The position numbers and the translations under genes are program-made. Under the pieces are notes generated by a model. The model searched no databases, was not told the DNA's origin, and saw only the letters and a program-made list of their open reading frames with translations. Of a DNA stretch of 24,777 nt, positions 8,328 through 18,600 are shown in pieces. Source of the stretch: Phycisphaerales bacterium (GTDB taxonomy: Bacteria; Planctomycetota; Phycisphaerae; WQYP01); assembly GCA_027451365.1 (NCBI GenBank), contig DAIDJN010000085.1, positions 1 to 24,777 on the forward strand, written 5' to 3'. Positions within the stretch are counted from its first letter, which is position 1; the number at the start of each line of letters is the position of its first letter.

Positions 8328-11300
8328 TTAATTGTGCCCGATGCTGTGCGGCTGGTCATGGGATTTAATGTGATAAACCCCGCCGGGCAACCGGCAAACC
8401 ACACGATCGGCCTGGTGGCCACGTATAATGACAGCGGGTTGTTTTGTCAGGGGGGCACCGTTGAGGAGCACGGGCGACCGGCCGGTATGCGGGATATAAA
8501 TCGTGGCCACTGTATTGACAGGGATGGTGATATCCATCGTGCAATTTCCACCCGTGCGATGCCAATTACTGACAATTTTTCCCAGCACAGATTGATAGCT
8601 GGCACGTACCCAAGTCAGATTTTCCACCATGCATGGTCGGATTTCCAGTTGATGCCCTGGCTTGTTTGCAAAATTCAAATGAATGCCGGCCAGACCATTG
8701 TAGAACCACTGGTCGATATGTCCGAGCATGAAGTGGTCTTGAGAATCCTGGGGCAGCGCGTTCCAGGCTTCGGTCAGGGCAGTCGCGCCGTGGGCTATTT
8801 GATAACCGTAACTTGGAGGATTGGTTTGAGTGGTCATTTTATATAGCAGGGCGTTCTTATGGGCGTCGGTGAGAGCCTGAACCACATAATGGAATCCGAT
8901 ATCGCCCGCAGTGGTGTGGTCGCCGTGTCTATGAATGCTGGCAATTAAACTGGCCAACACCTTCGGGCGGTCAGCTTTGCGTGTCAGTCCGGTGGCCAGA
9001 GCCATGGCGTTGGCACATTGGCTGCCGCGGTCATATTGGCCGGTGGCAGGATGATAAAACCGCTGGTTGAACGCGGATCGCACGATTTGAGCCTGCGCGG
9101 CGTAGATTCGAGCTTGCACGGGGTGACCGAGCAACCGGGCGATTCGGGTCATTATATTTAAGTCACGATACCAGGTGGCCGAAGCGGTCACACCTGAACT
9201 GGTGAGTTGCTCATAACCGGGGGGATTGGGGCCAAGGTCGTACCAGTCGCCCAATCCAAAAAACAAAAGATTGCCACGGGCCTTGGATTTCAGGTAGGCC
9301 ATGTAACGCACCATCATGATGTAATTGGCCCGGAGAATCCGCTGATCGTCAAAATGACGGTAAATCAGCCATGGGTCAATAATTGCAGCGCTGCCCCATT
9401 CCGGTGAATCCACAAAGCCGCCCGCATAGTTAAAATAGACCGGCGCAATATCGGCCACATGACCATCAGCGTCTTGATCGGCCCGCATGTTTGCCGCGGT
9501 CTGGGCGTACAAATTCGGCACGAAAAAATTATCCATAAGGCCTGGCCCCACCAGGTAAGTATCCTCCAGCCATCCGCTTTTTTCGCGCGTGGGGCAATCG
9601 GTCACAATGCTGACCATGTTGTTGGCCATGGCCATGGTTATAAGATGATGGATCTGATTAATTAGGCGATTGCTGCATGAAAAAGAGCCTATGAGCGGAG
9701 CGGATGTGTGGGTGGCCTGACCGGTTACAGCAAGTACGGCCGGCAATTGATGGGAATTTGGGGCAGGGGCGGCATTGACCTGCACATAGCGGAACCCGAA
9801 ATAGGAAAACATCGGGTGAAATGTTTCAACGCCTTTGCCGTTCAATGTGTACGTACACCAGATCGGGCCAGCACAGGATTGCCAATTCGTGCCGTCGGGG
9901 TGAATTAATTCTGACGGATAGACCGTTAATGTGGAGCCGGCCGGTCCGCGAGCGGTAATGACCGGTCGGCCAGCCATATTCTGCCCCAGATCGTAAACCG
10001 CCACGCCGGGTTGGGGATGCAATACACGAATGGCTGTGTATACATGCATCACTTTTACCGGAGGCGCGGTTTGTGCCACGAGTCTGCCGCCCGGACCATG
10101 GGTCGGCCGCGCGTGCCGCCAGTCAGCATCATTGAAACCGGGCAATTTCCATCCGGGAATCGCGTCGATCGCGTTGTAATCTTCCCCGCCGAAGATGTTG
10201 CAAAAGCTGACAGGTCCCGGCGCGGTTCGCCATTGACCATTGCTGACAAGGGTTTGAGATGTGCTATCGGTAAATGCAATTTGCAACTGCAATATCAGTT
10301 TTGGCGGTCCGAAACTGGCCGGTGCGTGGTTGTATCGCCCTGGGTAATCGGCACTGTCATACATGCCGGTGCCGAGCATAACGGCCAGGACATTGGCGCC
10401 TTGACGAAGGCGCGTGGTGACATTGAAGGTGTTATAGTCCACCCGCTTTCGGTAATCGGTCCAGGCTGGCTGCATGACATCATGCCCGACTTTTCGCCCG
10501 TTGATAAACAAGTCGTACTGTCCCAGACCAGAAACATACACCACCGCATGAGCGATGGGTTTGGCCACAGAAAACGGATAACGAAAAAGAGGCAGTCTGG
10601 CTGTCGACAGATTTATTTTGCCCCATGGGCCGCGGCCAAATTTGGCGACTGCCCGCGCGTCAGGCCATCCTGAATCGTTAAATTCCCGGCTTTTCCAGCC
10701 TCGGGTTAAAACGGCGGATATTTTCCAGGTGTTATCCACCGGTATTATTTGCGTTCGGCCATTGGACCAGGTTATGGAAAGCCTTCCAAGCAATCCTGCT
10801 GGATTGGGCGATGAACCTGTATTGGTTGCCTTTACCGCCAGAATATTGCGGCCATGGCTCAACAATGGCAATACATTGACGTGTTGCATCAGCCGCCAGT
10901 GCATGCCGGAACCCGCCCATTTACCATTAATAAACAATTGGAATTCATTGTCCGCTGTTAAATCAAATGTGGCTTTAGAGATGGTCGGGCCGATCGGCAG
11001 GTTGACGGTTTTTCGGAAATAGACGTTGCCCACAGGAGCATTCATGCCAACTTCGGGCAGCCAGACCCACGAAAGCTTCTGTTTGGTTGACGATAATGGT
11101 GATTGTGGAGCGGTAATCCAGTGTGCGTGCCAATTGCTTTTATGCAGCAGTCCCATGGTCCATAAGGCGGGTTTGCTCCATGCCGAAGCATGGCCGGCGG
11201 TCCCCCACACCCTTACTTTCCACCAGCAGCGCTGCCCGGCGACCAGGGGCTGACCTGCATAGCGGATGTCAATGGTCTGGTTCGAAACTACTTTGCCGGA

Positions 11301-11588
11301 ATCCCACAGATCACCATGGTTGCTTTTCAGATGCGCCCGACTTGTGGCAACCAGTATCTGATACGCGGTCTGCCGAGCGCCGGTCAGACCCGGCGTGTCG
11401 GCCCTAAGTTGCCACGCAAGCAGCGGATGAGCGCTTTGCAGCCCCAATGGCCGCACAAAATAGTTGCAACGCAAGGCGACAGGATCAATTGCCGCTGCGG
11501 CAAGCGCCGCGAAGCAGAAAGGAATAAGACAGAACAATAGCAGGATATTACGCGGTATTTTGCGGTTCAGCATGTCTTTCACAGTCAT
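8328..11588 (-). CDS. Secreted alpha-L-rhamnosidase, glycoside hydrolase family 78, with CBM67-like module
   Basis: Signal peptide; QTAYQILVA..GDLWDSGKV, YDLGQNMAG, YFGFRYVQV, TDCPTREKSGW, GLGDW, GATALTEAW, SQDHFMLG. Start could be 11573. Confidence 0.92.
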   Translation of the reverse strand: MTVKDMLNRKIPRNILLLFCLIPFCFAALAAAAIDPVALRCNYFVRPLGLQSAHPLLAWQLRADTPGLTGARQTAYQILVATSRAHLKSNHGDLWDSGKVVSNQTIDIRYAGQPLVAGQRCWWKVRVWGTAGHASAWSKPALWTMGLLHKSNWHAHWITAPQSPLSSTKQKLSWVWLPEVGMNAPVGNVYFRKTVNLPIGPTISKATFDLTADNEFQLFINGKWAGSGMHWRLMQHVNVLPLLSHGRNILAVKATNTGSSPNPAGLLGRLSITWSNGRTQIIPVDNTWKISAVLTRGWKSREFNDSGWPDARAVAKFGRGPWGKINLSTARLPLFRYPFSVAKPIAHAVVYVSGLGQYDLFINGRKVGHDVMQPAWTDYRKRVDYNTFNVTTRLRQGANVLAVMLGTGMYDSADYPGRYNHAPASFGPPKLILQLQIAFTDSTSQTLVSNGQWRTAPGPVSFCNIFGGEDYNAIDAIPGWKLPGFNDADWRHARPTHGPGGRLVAQTAPPVKVMHVYTAIRVLHPQPGVAVYDLGQNMAGRPVITARGPAGSTLTVYPSELIHPDGTNWQSCAGPIWCTYTLNGKGVETFHPMFSYFGFRYVQVNAAPAPNSHQLPAVLAVTGQATHTSAPLIGSFSCSNRLINQIHHLITMAMANNMVSIVTDCPTREKSGWLEDTYLVGPGLMDNFFVPNLYAQTAANMRADQDADGHVADIAPVYFNYAGGFVDSPEWGSAAIIDPWLIYRHFDDQRILRANYIMMVRYMAYLKSKARGNLLFFGLGDWYDLGPNPPGYEQLTSSGVTASATWYRDLNIMTRIARLLGHPVQARIYAAQAQIVRSAFNQRFYHPATGQYDRGSQCANAMALATGLTRKADRPKVLASLIASIHRHGDHTTAGDIGFHYVVQALTDAHKNALLYKMTTQTNPPSYGYQIAHGATALTEAWNALPQDSQDHFMLGHIDQWFYNGLAGIHLNFANKPGHQLEIRPCMVENLTWVRASYQSVLGKIVSNWHRTGGNCTMDITIPVNTVATIYIPHTGRSPVLLNGAPLTKQPAVIIRGHQADRVVCRLPGGVYHIKSHDQPHSIGHN

Positions 11589-12005
11589 ATTTCAGAGAAA
11601 CCGTAACGGTGGGGCGTCGTCCTTATCCGGTGAGAAAGGTCTTCCACCAAATACACTGATTTTTATCATTCTCCATTAAAACGCGTGTGCCTGGAAGTTG
11701 GTCGCTCCACGGAGTCGCGATCCACCTGGCCGGGTGGTACCGGTATACAGCAGACTTGGAATAAAATAAAGGGACTGGCTCGCTAATATCCGGAAAAATC
11801 ACTTGAATGATGAATGGGCCGCGACATTTCCGACGTTTTCGACCCGTGTCCATTAAGTCCAATAATCATTTTGGTTAGAAATAATCTGGAAAGGCATTTT
11901 AAGGTGTTGCATCATCAATGTATCCTGGCGGAGTTGACCGAGTGTCGCATTTCCCGCGCAAAGCTTATGCTTATAAATACACATGTGCCATTGAATTGAA
12001 TCCAT

Positions 12006-12026
12006 GACACCTTGAAAACAGGTGTC
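12006..12026 (-). terminator. Hairpin abutting the GH106 stop codon
   Basis: GACACCT-7 nt-AGGTGTC perfect 7-bp stem. No U-tract, so termination function is uncertain. Confidence 0.3.
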
Positions 12027-15000
12027 TATGCCAGGACAACAATCTGCGCGGTGCGTATCGTGACTGGTCCAAGCAATCCGGATTCAACCAGTTGATCATT
12101 TTTATGCCATAGCCGCCAAGTGGTAAAACTGATTCGGCCTGTGGGACTTTTCTTACCTTCCAGCACCCAGTCCGGCCACTGCCTGAGGGTGCCGTCCGGA
12201 TTGCGGTCGCTGTCTTCTGGCAGAAACTCATCGCCGATCATGCGATTGATCCACAAGTTGGTCACCTTCACCGACAATGTATTGCGATCCGGCATCAGCA
12301 GACCGGTAATATCCATCTGCCATGGTGGTTTCCAGAGCAGGTCCAGCCTGTGGCCGTTAAGGCTGACCTCCGCCATGACCGCAACCCGCCCCAAGTCAAG
12401 AAAATGGCGCCGGTGCCCCGAGAGCATCCGGGGCGGCAGACGAAATTCAGTGGAATATTCCGCTGTACCGGAAAAATATTTAACACCCGCAACCGGATGT
12501 TCACTAAGGCTGATAAGTTTTGGAAGCACCACCTGGGCGGGCGCTCCGCGGTCCGGTGGAAATCGCACGGTCCATGGGGCGGATAATTCCAGTGGTTTTG
12601 GAAGCGACGCGACCCGCGCGTGGCGAACTGCGCCGCCCGTACTGAAAAACCCGTAATGCCCCGGAGCAAACACCGTGGCAGACAGATGTTTTCCGGAGAC
12701 GGGTGTGATATCAACGGACAATGGCGCGGCGACCGAAGTCAGCAGATTTGCGGTCTGGCCATCAAGGAAGCGAAGTTGCCGCTTTTTGCCGTCAATTAAT
12801 ACATCAATCAGTAAAGTCTTCACAACGTTAAAGGCGGGGTCGCCGCCTATCTGCGCAATTTGTACCACCGGAAATGAGGTGTGCCCCTCATGAAAAAGGC
12901 TGGCCACAATGGCGGTCACAACCCGGGTCCTGGCCGGATCATCCGCCGGCCCGTACGTGGCGTGCAGAATATGTATCGCCGATGCGCGAGTCGGATATCC
13001 AAACAGGGGGGTGTCGTTTCGAGTGATGCGGGTAATGCCGCCCTTGTTGCGCGCTGGGCGGCTGAACACGACAAAGGTGGACTCTTTCCATTCCAGCCGC
13101 AAGGACACGTGGGTCACTTTCCGGTCGGCATCCTGCGTCCAGATCGCCGCCGGCTCGATGGCGCCGGTCTGCGGATTCCATAATTCCGGCGTGCGGCCGG
13201 TGATACGAAATGCGCAGTTGGCATCAACCGCATTTTCCGCCAAGTTGGTGACAAAATAGATATCGGCATCGTCGGTTCGCCGGTGCGCAAAGTGCAACTG
13301 TGAATCGCTGGTGAAATCAGGGGGGATATTCTTTTCATGAAGGACCTGTTGCGGCGTTTTATGGGTGATAATTCTGCCGCTGGACCAGATTTTATCAGCC
13401 AAGCTGGAGACTTTCTGGTCGCAGGCGGGATAACCCGAAAGACCGGGTGATTTCATCGGTCTGGTGGCTCCAATCATTGTTGCGCCGGCGTCTGCGAGGG
13501 CTTTAATTTTAGTCAGCAGGTCCACCGTCATGCACGGTGAATCAGGCAGAACCATAATACGATATGCCATGCCATCAGGCAGAACCAGATTTCCATTTTG
13601 CACGCGCAGCCGGGAAATGACCGCCTCCGCTGGACATCCATCACATTTGTAAGTGTGTACATAAGATTGATCGCCTGCGCCGGGCATGGTGGGACAGCCG
13701 GATGGCGCGCCTTCCGGCTGCACATACAGCACATCCGCCACCCAATGGCCCTGACGCAGCAGATGCTGGCACCGCGCCACGTACTGGTGCCATGAAAGGG
13801 ATTGCTTCCACCAGGTCTGTGTGCGTTCATAATGGAGACCCCAAGGTCCCATTGAAACGCCGGGCGCGATATTTAAAAATGGCTGCATGGCGTAGCGATG
13901 CACCACAAAACGGTTCACGCCCTGGCAGAAGGCCCAGTCGCCAATATCCTTGACCACCGCGGGGTGTCCCTGCCAACGTTCATTGCTGTCGGCGGTGAAT
14001 GTTTCCTGGCCAATAATCCGTCGGCCGTACACATGGCCGGCGGAAGTCATTTCCGTTACCGAATAAGCGGCACCAAACCGGCCCCACGACCATAATTCGG
14101 ACATCGGTTCCACTGCGGTGCCGCCATAATGCATTTCATCCACTGGTACGCCGGAATAACCTTCAATGGACAGCCGCAGGCCGTTCTTTTCCGCAAGGTT
14201 GCGCATGCAGACTGAATAATTCTCAACCAGCAGTTCAGAAATTGTTTTACGGAGGTCCCAGAGGAATCTTTCGGATTCCTCCAGGCTTGCCACAACCTGG
14301 CCCGTCATCACGGGCAGCCAGCGGTGAAGGTCATAACCGCGGCGGGTTTTGAAATCGTCGGGGAATGTTCGCGTCCAGTTTTGTGAACCCGTTTCCCAAC
14401 TGTCAATATGCGTGCAGACCAGGGTCCCACCGGCCAGTGGACCGGCTTTCGCGATCAATTTTGCCATCAGGTTGTCAAAGTGAAATGTGGTGGCCCGTTT
14501 GCTGAGTTTATCGGTTTCCAAGCCCAGACCGCCTGCGGGTGCCGGGTGATTGTCCACGCCGGTACTGGTATGACCGAATCGCAGGATTGTCCAGTTGCCG
14601 GCAGGAGCATTCCAAAGAAGGCGTCCGTAGGCGTTGGTGTGAGTGGTCAAATCAACCACCTGATTGAATTTGACGATTTCTCCCGCGGCCAGCCGTGGCC
14701 AAGTTGCCTGTGCAGCAATATCATCCTGGGTCACCACTTCGGTGACGCCAGCGAGGTCTGGTATGGAGTATAGCTGTCCATGGGTTGCGGCAGTTGGCGT
14801 GGGAAAAGCAATAACAGCGACATCCTGGTAATAGCCATCAGTCTGCGCGGGCTGGGAAAGCATCACATCCACTTTACGGCCACCGTTTACGCCGGTGCTG
14901 GTCCACACCAGTCGCTGCATGGATAGTTCTGGAGTAATCCAGGGACCGCCGCTGCCACACCAGCCGGCGTCGTTGGTCATGTTGATTTCCAGGCCCAGGC

Positions 15001-15400
15001 GAGCCGCTTCCGAACAGATAAAGCCGAACATGGTGCGCCACTCGGGGCTGCCGAATCGCACCGGTCCGGGCGGAGTTCCTTGCGCAACTTCCATGATCAG
15101 CACGCCCCCGATTCCCGCCGCCTTCATTGCCTCAAGATCCGCGGTGACGCCTTCGCGTGTCAGGTTGCCATCCAAAAAGAACCAATAAACCCACGGGCGG
15201 GCGCTGTCAGGTGGTGCGAGGAATTCGCGGGATAAACGATCGTACGGTATTGACTCCGGCATATCCGATGCGACTGATTGCGGAATTGAAGAAGGCACAG
15301 CATTTCCACTCGCCGATTTTGCTCCCGCTGCACCAGCCAGAATGAAGAACCCCGACGCACTGGAAAATTTAACAAATTCCCGGCGGTTCAAGTGTGACAT
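12026..15400 (-). CDS. Tat-exported alpha-L-rhamnosidase, glycoside hydrolase family 106
   Basis: Twin-arginine signal LNRREFVKF. ARPWVYWFFLDGN, DLEAMKAAGIGG, GWCGSGGPW, HIDSWETG, GHVYGRRIIGQETFT, GVNRFVVHRY; C-terminal GH2-like beta domain ending SGLLGPV. Confidence 0.92.
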   Translation of the reverse strand: MSHLNRREFVKFSSASGFFILAGAAGAKSASGNAVPSSIPQSVASDMPESIPYDRLSREFLAPPDSARPWVYWFFLDGNLTREGVTADLEAMKAAGIGGVLIMEVAQGTPPGPVRFGSPEWRTMFGFICSEAARLGLEINMTNDAGWCGSGGPWITPELSMQRLVWTSTGVNGGRKVDVMLSQPAQTDGYYQDVAVIAFPTPTAATHGQLYSIPDLAGVTEVVTQDDIAAQATWPRLAAGEIVKFNQVVDLTTHTNAYGRLLWNAPAGNWTILRFGHTSTGVDNHPAPAGGLGLETDKLSKRATTFHFDNLMAKLIAKAGPLAGGTLVCTHIDSWETGSQNWTRTFPDDFKTRRGYDLHRWLPVMTGQVVASLEESERFLWDLRKTISELLVENYSVCMRNLAEKNGLRLSIEGYSGVPVDEMHYGGTAVEPMSELWSWGRFGAAYSVTEMTSAGHVYGRRIIGQETFTADSNERWQGHPAVVKDIGDWAFCQGVNRFVVHRYAMQPFLNIAPGVSMGPWGLHYERTQTWWKQSLSWHQYVARCQHLLRQGHWVADVLYVQPEGAPSGCPTMPGAGDQSYVHTYKCDGCPAEAVISRLRVQNGNLVLPDGMAYRIMVLPDSPCMTVDLLTKIKALADAGATMIGATRPMKSPGLSGYPACDQKVSSLADKIWSSGRIITHKTPQQVLHEKNIPPDFTSDSQLHFAHRRTDDADIYFVTNLAENAVDANCAFRITGRTPELWNPQTGAIEPAAIWTQDADRKVTHVSLRLEWKESTFVVFSRPARNKGGITRITRNDTPLFGYPTRASAIHILHATYGPADDPARTRVVTAIVASLFHEGHTSFPVVQIAQIGGDPAFNVVKTLLIDVLIDGKKRQLRFLDGQTANLLTSVAAPLSVDITPVSGKHLSATVFAPGHYGFFSTGGAVRHARVASLPKPLELSAPWTVRFPPDRGAPAQVVLPKLISLSEHPVAGVKYFSGTAEYSTEFRLPPRMLSGHRRHFLDLGRVAVMAEVSLNGHRLDLLWKPPWQMDITGLLMPDRNTLSVKVTNLWINRMIGDEFLPEDSDRNPDGTLRQWPDWVLEGKKSPTGRISFTTWRLWHKNDQLVESGLLGPVTIRTAQIVVLA

Positions 15401-15634
15401 AAAAGTGTGTCCTTCTTAAATTAAAAAGAGCATTGCAACGCGCGCTGCTGGTAAAGGGTTTTGCAATCTGTTCAACAATTAAAATTCCGGCAAGATAATA
15501 GGTTGCAAACGCAAAACGATACCATGACAACGTACCGATCGCTTCTTGATTGCTCCAATTGCCTCAACAAACAGTTGCGTCGCGATATTCTGGCGATTGC
15601 CAGGCAATTAATATTCCCACCGGGAAACGTTGAA

Positions 15635-16450
15635 TCAGCCGTTGATACGACCTTCCCATGGGCTGCTGGCTGTTGCATACAGTTTGCGAGGGATGCGGCC
15701 AGCGGTGCCAGCCAGCCGTCCGGCTTCGGTGGCCAGTGCCATGGCCTGAGCCATTTTGACGGGGTCTTGTGCGCCGGCAATGGCGGTATTCAGAAGAACC
15801 CCATCCACCCCGATTTCCATGGCGGCGGCTACATCGCTGGCGGTTCCCACTCCGGCGTCCACGATGATCGGATAGGCGGGATCGTTGTGTTTGAGTTCCT
15901 CCAGAATGATGCGAATCGCATTGGGGTTCAGCACGCCCTGTCCGGACCCAATGGGGGATCCCGCGGGCATCACGGCTGCAGCTCCGGCTTCTTTGATGCG
16001 CTTGCAAAGCATCACATCGTCCGAACAATAGACCAGCACGTGAAACCCATCAGCCACCAGAATTTTCAACGCCTCCAGCGTTCCCAGCGGTTCGGGCAGA
16101 AGCGTTTTGGTATCACCAAGGCATTCGAGTTTCACCCATTGTGCTCCCTGATACCCCGACCCATCCAATAATTCCCGCCCCAGCCGAGCGACGCGAACCA
16201 CTTCGTCGGCGGTGAAACTGCCTGCTGTATTAGGCAGCAGAATATATTTTTTGGGGTCAATAAAATCCAGAATATTGCGACCGGAATTTTTGTCCACAAG
16301 TCGTTCACGCCGGACTGCTACCGTGACGCAATTAGATTTGCTTGCCGCGTGACACTGCTGCATCAGCTCCAGCGTGGCATACTTGCCGGTGCCCACAATC
16401 AGCCGTGATGAAAGCGTATAAGGGCCTATTTTCAGTTGTTTGTCCATCAT
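15635..16450 (-). CDS. thiG: Thiazole synthase
   Basis: [62 protein letters not shown]. Confidence 0.97.
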   Translation of the reverse strand: MMDKQLKIGPYTLSSRLIVGTGKYATLELMQQCHAASKSNCVTVAVRRERLVDKNSGRNILDFIDPKKYILLPNTAGSFTADEVVRVARLGRELLDGSGYQGAQWVKLECLGDTKTLLPEPLGTLEALKILVADGFHVLVYCSDDVMLCKRIKEAGAAAVMPAGSPIGSGQGVLNPNAIRIILEELKHNDPAYPIIVDAGVGTASDVAAAMEIGVDGVLLNTAIAGAQDPVKMAQAMALATEAGRLAGTAGRIPRKLYATASSPWEGRING

Positions 16451-16501
16451 GGGTGAAAATAACCTTCCAAAAAATGCTGTAAGATGTTGCCAAGGCTTAA
16501 G

Positions 16502-16702
16502 TCAGCCGCCGCCAACCAGTGTAACGACTTCAATTTGATCCTGTGGCGCCAGGCGAACGGTATAAAAATCCGCTCGGCGGACAATTTCACCGTTGCGTTC
16601 CACCGCCACGCGCACCGGCGCAAGCTTGTGCAATGCCAGAAGCTCGCCGATAGTTGCTTTTTCCGGAATTTCCATCTTTTTTCCGTTCAGCAGAATTTCC
16701 AT
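16502..16702 (-). CDS. thiS: Sulfur carrier protein ThiS
   Basis: 66 aa MEILLNG...VAVERNGEIV...IEVVTLVGGG with C-terminal GG, directly upstream of thiG. Real start is ATG 16702 inside the longer track ORF. Confidence 0.95.
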   Translation of the reverse strand: MEILLNGKKMEIPEKATIGELLALHKLAPVRVAVERNGEIVRRADFYTVRLAPQDQIEVVTLVGGG

Positions 16703-17408
16703 GAATAAAATATTACACCCAAGTATGCTCTTCGGCCACTTGAGGCAACCTTGGAATTGGGAATGTACGGTGATTGTCGCCACCCGCGCCGCAATGTGGT
16801 CGGCGCGTCCGTGCGCCGCCTGCGGCCGATAGGGGCGGTTTCCCTGCATCTGACCTGGCACGACATTTCGCGTACCACTATGCCGCCGCGGCAGTGCGAC
16901 TCCATCATTACGACCGGGGCTGGGGGGCGATTCGGGAATGGTCAATGCCAATACCAGGCAGCGGGTCCGGACACGCAAAAGAGGCCGCGCGGTGCCGGCT
17001 CCGGGGAGGGACTAAAAGCGACAACAGTGGATGTGGTCATGATGGTTGCAATCGGCCTTTTGGAAGACCGCGGGCTTGTGGCCATTGTTGCCTCTGGTGC
17101 CAGTTATGTTGACCAAAGTATCGAACCTTTGAAATCCGGAGGGTAAACGCAGCATAATAATAAATTCGCTAAGCAAAGCGGAGCTAACAGCCGGCGGCCA
17201 GAAGCAGGCACCAGCGGGAAATCGGTGGTTTGGCCAAAATATCGCCTATGCCGAATTTGTTGAGGCTCGCGGGACGGCTGCCTTATACGAACCCAAGAAT
17301 AATATGCGGGTGCATTGCCACTCGCCAATTCCGGCATACAATCTGTATTGTCGTCTGCGGTGGAATTGTTGGTCCGCGGGCAATGACGACTGCTAGACGG
17401 GAGTGTGT

Positions 17409-17930
17409 GTGCCAGTGGATTCAAAAGATATAACCAATCCTGCAGCGCTGCATCAGGGCGTGGCGTTGCCAGCCCAAATTTTGCCGGCCGGTGCGGTCGC
17501 ACCGGATTTTTCCCTGCCTTATGCAGTGGGTAAATGTATGTCGCTAAGTGACTATCGCGGTCGGCCGGTGGTGCTGGCATTTTACCCGGCGGATTTCAGT
17601 CCGGTTTGCGGGGATCAGTTGGCCCTTTACAACGAGATTCTGGAAGAATTCGCACACTACAAAGCGTGCCTGCTGGGAATCTCTGTGGATGGTCCGTTTT
17701 GCCATCAGGCATACGCGAAAAGCCGCAGCCTGGAATTTTCATTGCTGGCGGATTTTGAACCCAAAGGTGAGGTTGCGCGGAAGTACGGCGTTTATCATCA
17801 CGCGTGGGGCGTGGCGCGCCGGGCTTTGTTCGTGATTAATGCGGCCGGCATCATTCACTGGAGTCATCTGGCGGATATGGATGTAAGCCCGGGAGCGGAC
17901 GGCATTCTGGCGGCATTGGCCGAGTTATGA
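17409..17930 (+). CDS. Peroxiredoxin (AhpC/TSA family, AhpE-like)
   Basis: APDFSL, VVLAFYPADFSPVC (PxxxSxxC peroxidatic motif), LLGISVD, LLADFEPKGEVARKYG, conserved Arg in RRALFVI. Start is GTG 17403 or 17409. Confidence 0.88.
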   Translation: MPVDSKDITNPAALHQGVALPAQILPAGAVAPDFSLPYAVGKCMSLSDYRGRPVVLAFYPADFSPVCGDQLALYNEILEEFAHYKACLLGISVDGPFCHQAYAKSRSLEFSLLADFEPKGEVARKYGVYHHAWGVARRALFVINAAGIIHWSHLADMDVSPGADGILAALAEL

Positions 17931-17964
17931 TCGGCCTTTGGACCGGATCGAATGGAGACCCCGT

Positions 17965-18600
17965 ATGCTTCGCAGTTTGCCCATCGCGCCGCGTCCGGAA
18001 TTAAAACCGCCGCCGGGGGTGGATGATCACTGGACCGGTTCGATAGGTCCGGCGGTGGAATTGGTGATGTTTGGCGATTACCAATGTCCGCACTGCAAGG
18101 CCGTGGATATGGTGTTGCGTGAGCTTCGCCATAGGCTGGCCGTTCCCGTGCGGATTTACTGGCGGCATTTTCCGCTGGCTAAGGTCCATCCACATTCGCG
18201 CGACGCGGCGCTGGTGGCCGAGGCCGGCGCGCGGAGCGGGCTTTTCTGGCCGCTGCATCATCTGTTGTTTGATCGCAGTCCTGACCTTTCGCGCGAGAAA
18301 TTGCTGGAATATGCGGCGCAGACTGGCGTTGATCCAAACCAGATGTCGAACTGCTTTTCCGATCCACTGCTTGCGGCACGTGTGCGGGATCACATCAAAA
18401 GCGGCGTGCGCAGCGGTGTCAATAAAACGCCCACGCTGTATTTCCAAGGGCTGCGATATAACGGTGGAAACAATGCGGCGGCTCTTGAGGATGCTATTGT
18501 TGCGGCAGCGGAACTTGCGACCGATTCATCGGAAGCGGCAGGGGCGCAGCAGAACATGGACGCGGTCGATCCGCCTGTGAACGGTGGAGGCTTGTCTTGA
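17965..18600 (+). CDS. DsbA-like thioredoxin-fold oxidoreductase (no signal peptide)
   Basis: FGDYQCPHC (CxxC), WRHFPL..HP, GVNKTPT cis-Pro loop. GGAG before ATG 17965. Confidence 0.88.
   Translation: MLRSLPIAPRPELKPPPGVDDHWTGSIGPAVELVMFGDYQCPHCKAVDMVLRELRHRLAVPVRIYWRHFPLAKVHPHSRDAALVAEAGARSGLFWPLHHLLFDRSPDLSREKLLEYAAQTGVDPNQMSNCFSDPLLAARVRDHIKSGVRSGVNKTPTLYFQGLRYNGGNNAAALEDAIVAAAELATDSSEAAGAQQNMDAVDPPVNGGGLS

Noticed and set aside
11814..11999. 61-aa ORF ending LMLINTHV, faintly like an integrase TxIYTHV tail
   Set aside because: Catalytic Tyr and the LGH motif are absent; likely chance.
15500..15545. LacI-like or sigma54-like sites upstream of GH106
   Set aside because: Palindrome is poor and GG-GC spacing is 9 rather than 10.
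16835..16870. Minus-strand GTGCCAGGTCAG resembling SRP RNA or a riboswitch
   Set aside because: Lacks the SRP GGAA-GCAG loop and the TPP CTGAGA core.
17262..17280. GCTCGCGGGACGG as a possible att repeat of the tRNA-Leu 3' end
   Set aside because: Short, gapped match in GC-rich DNA; not distinguishable from chance.
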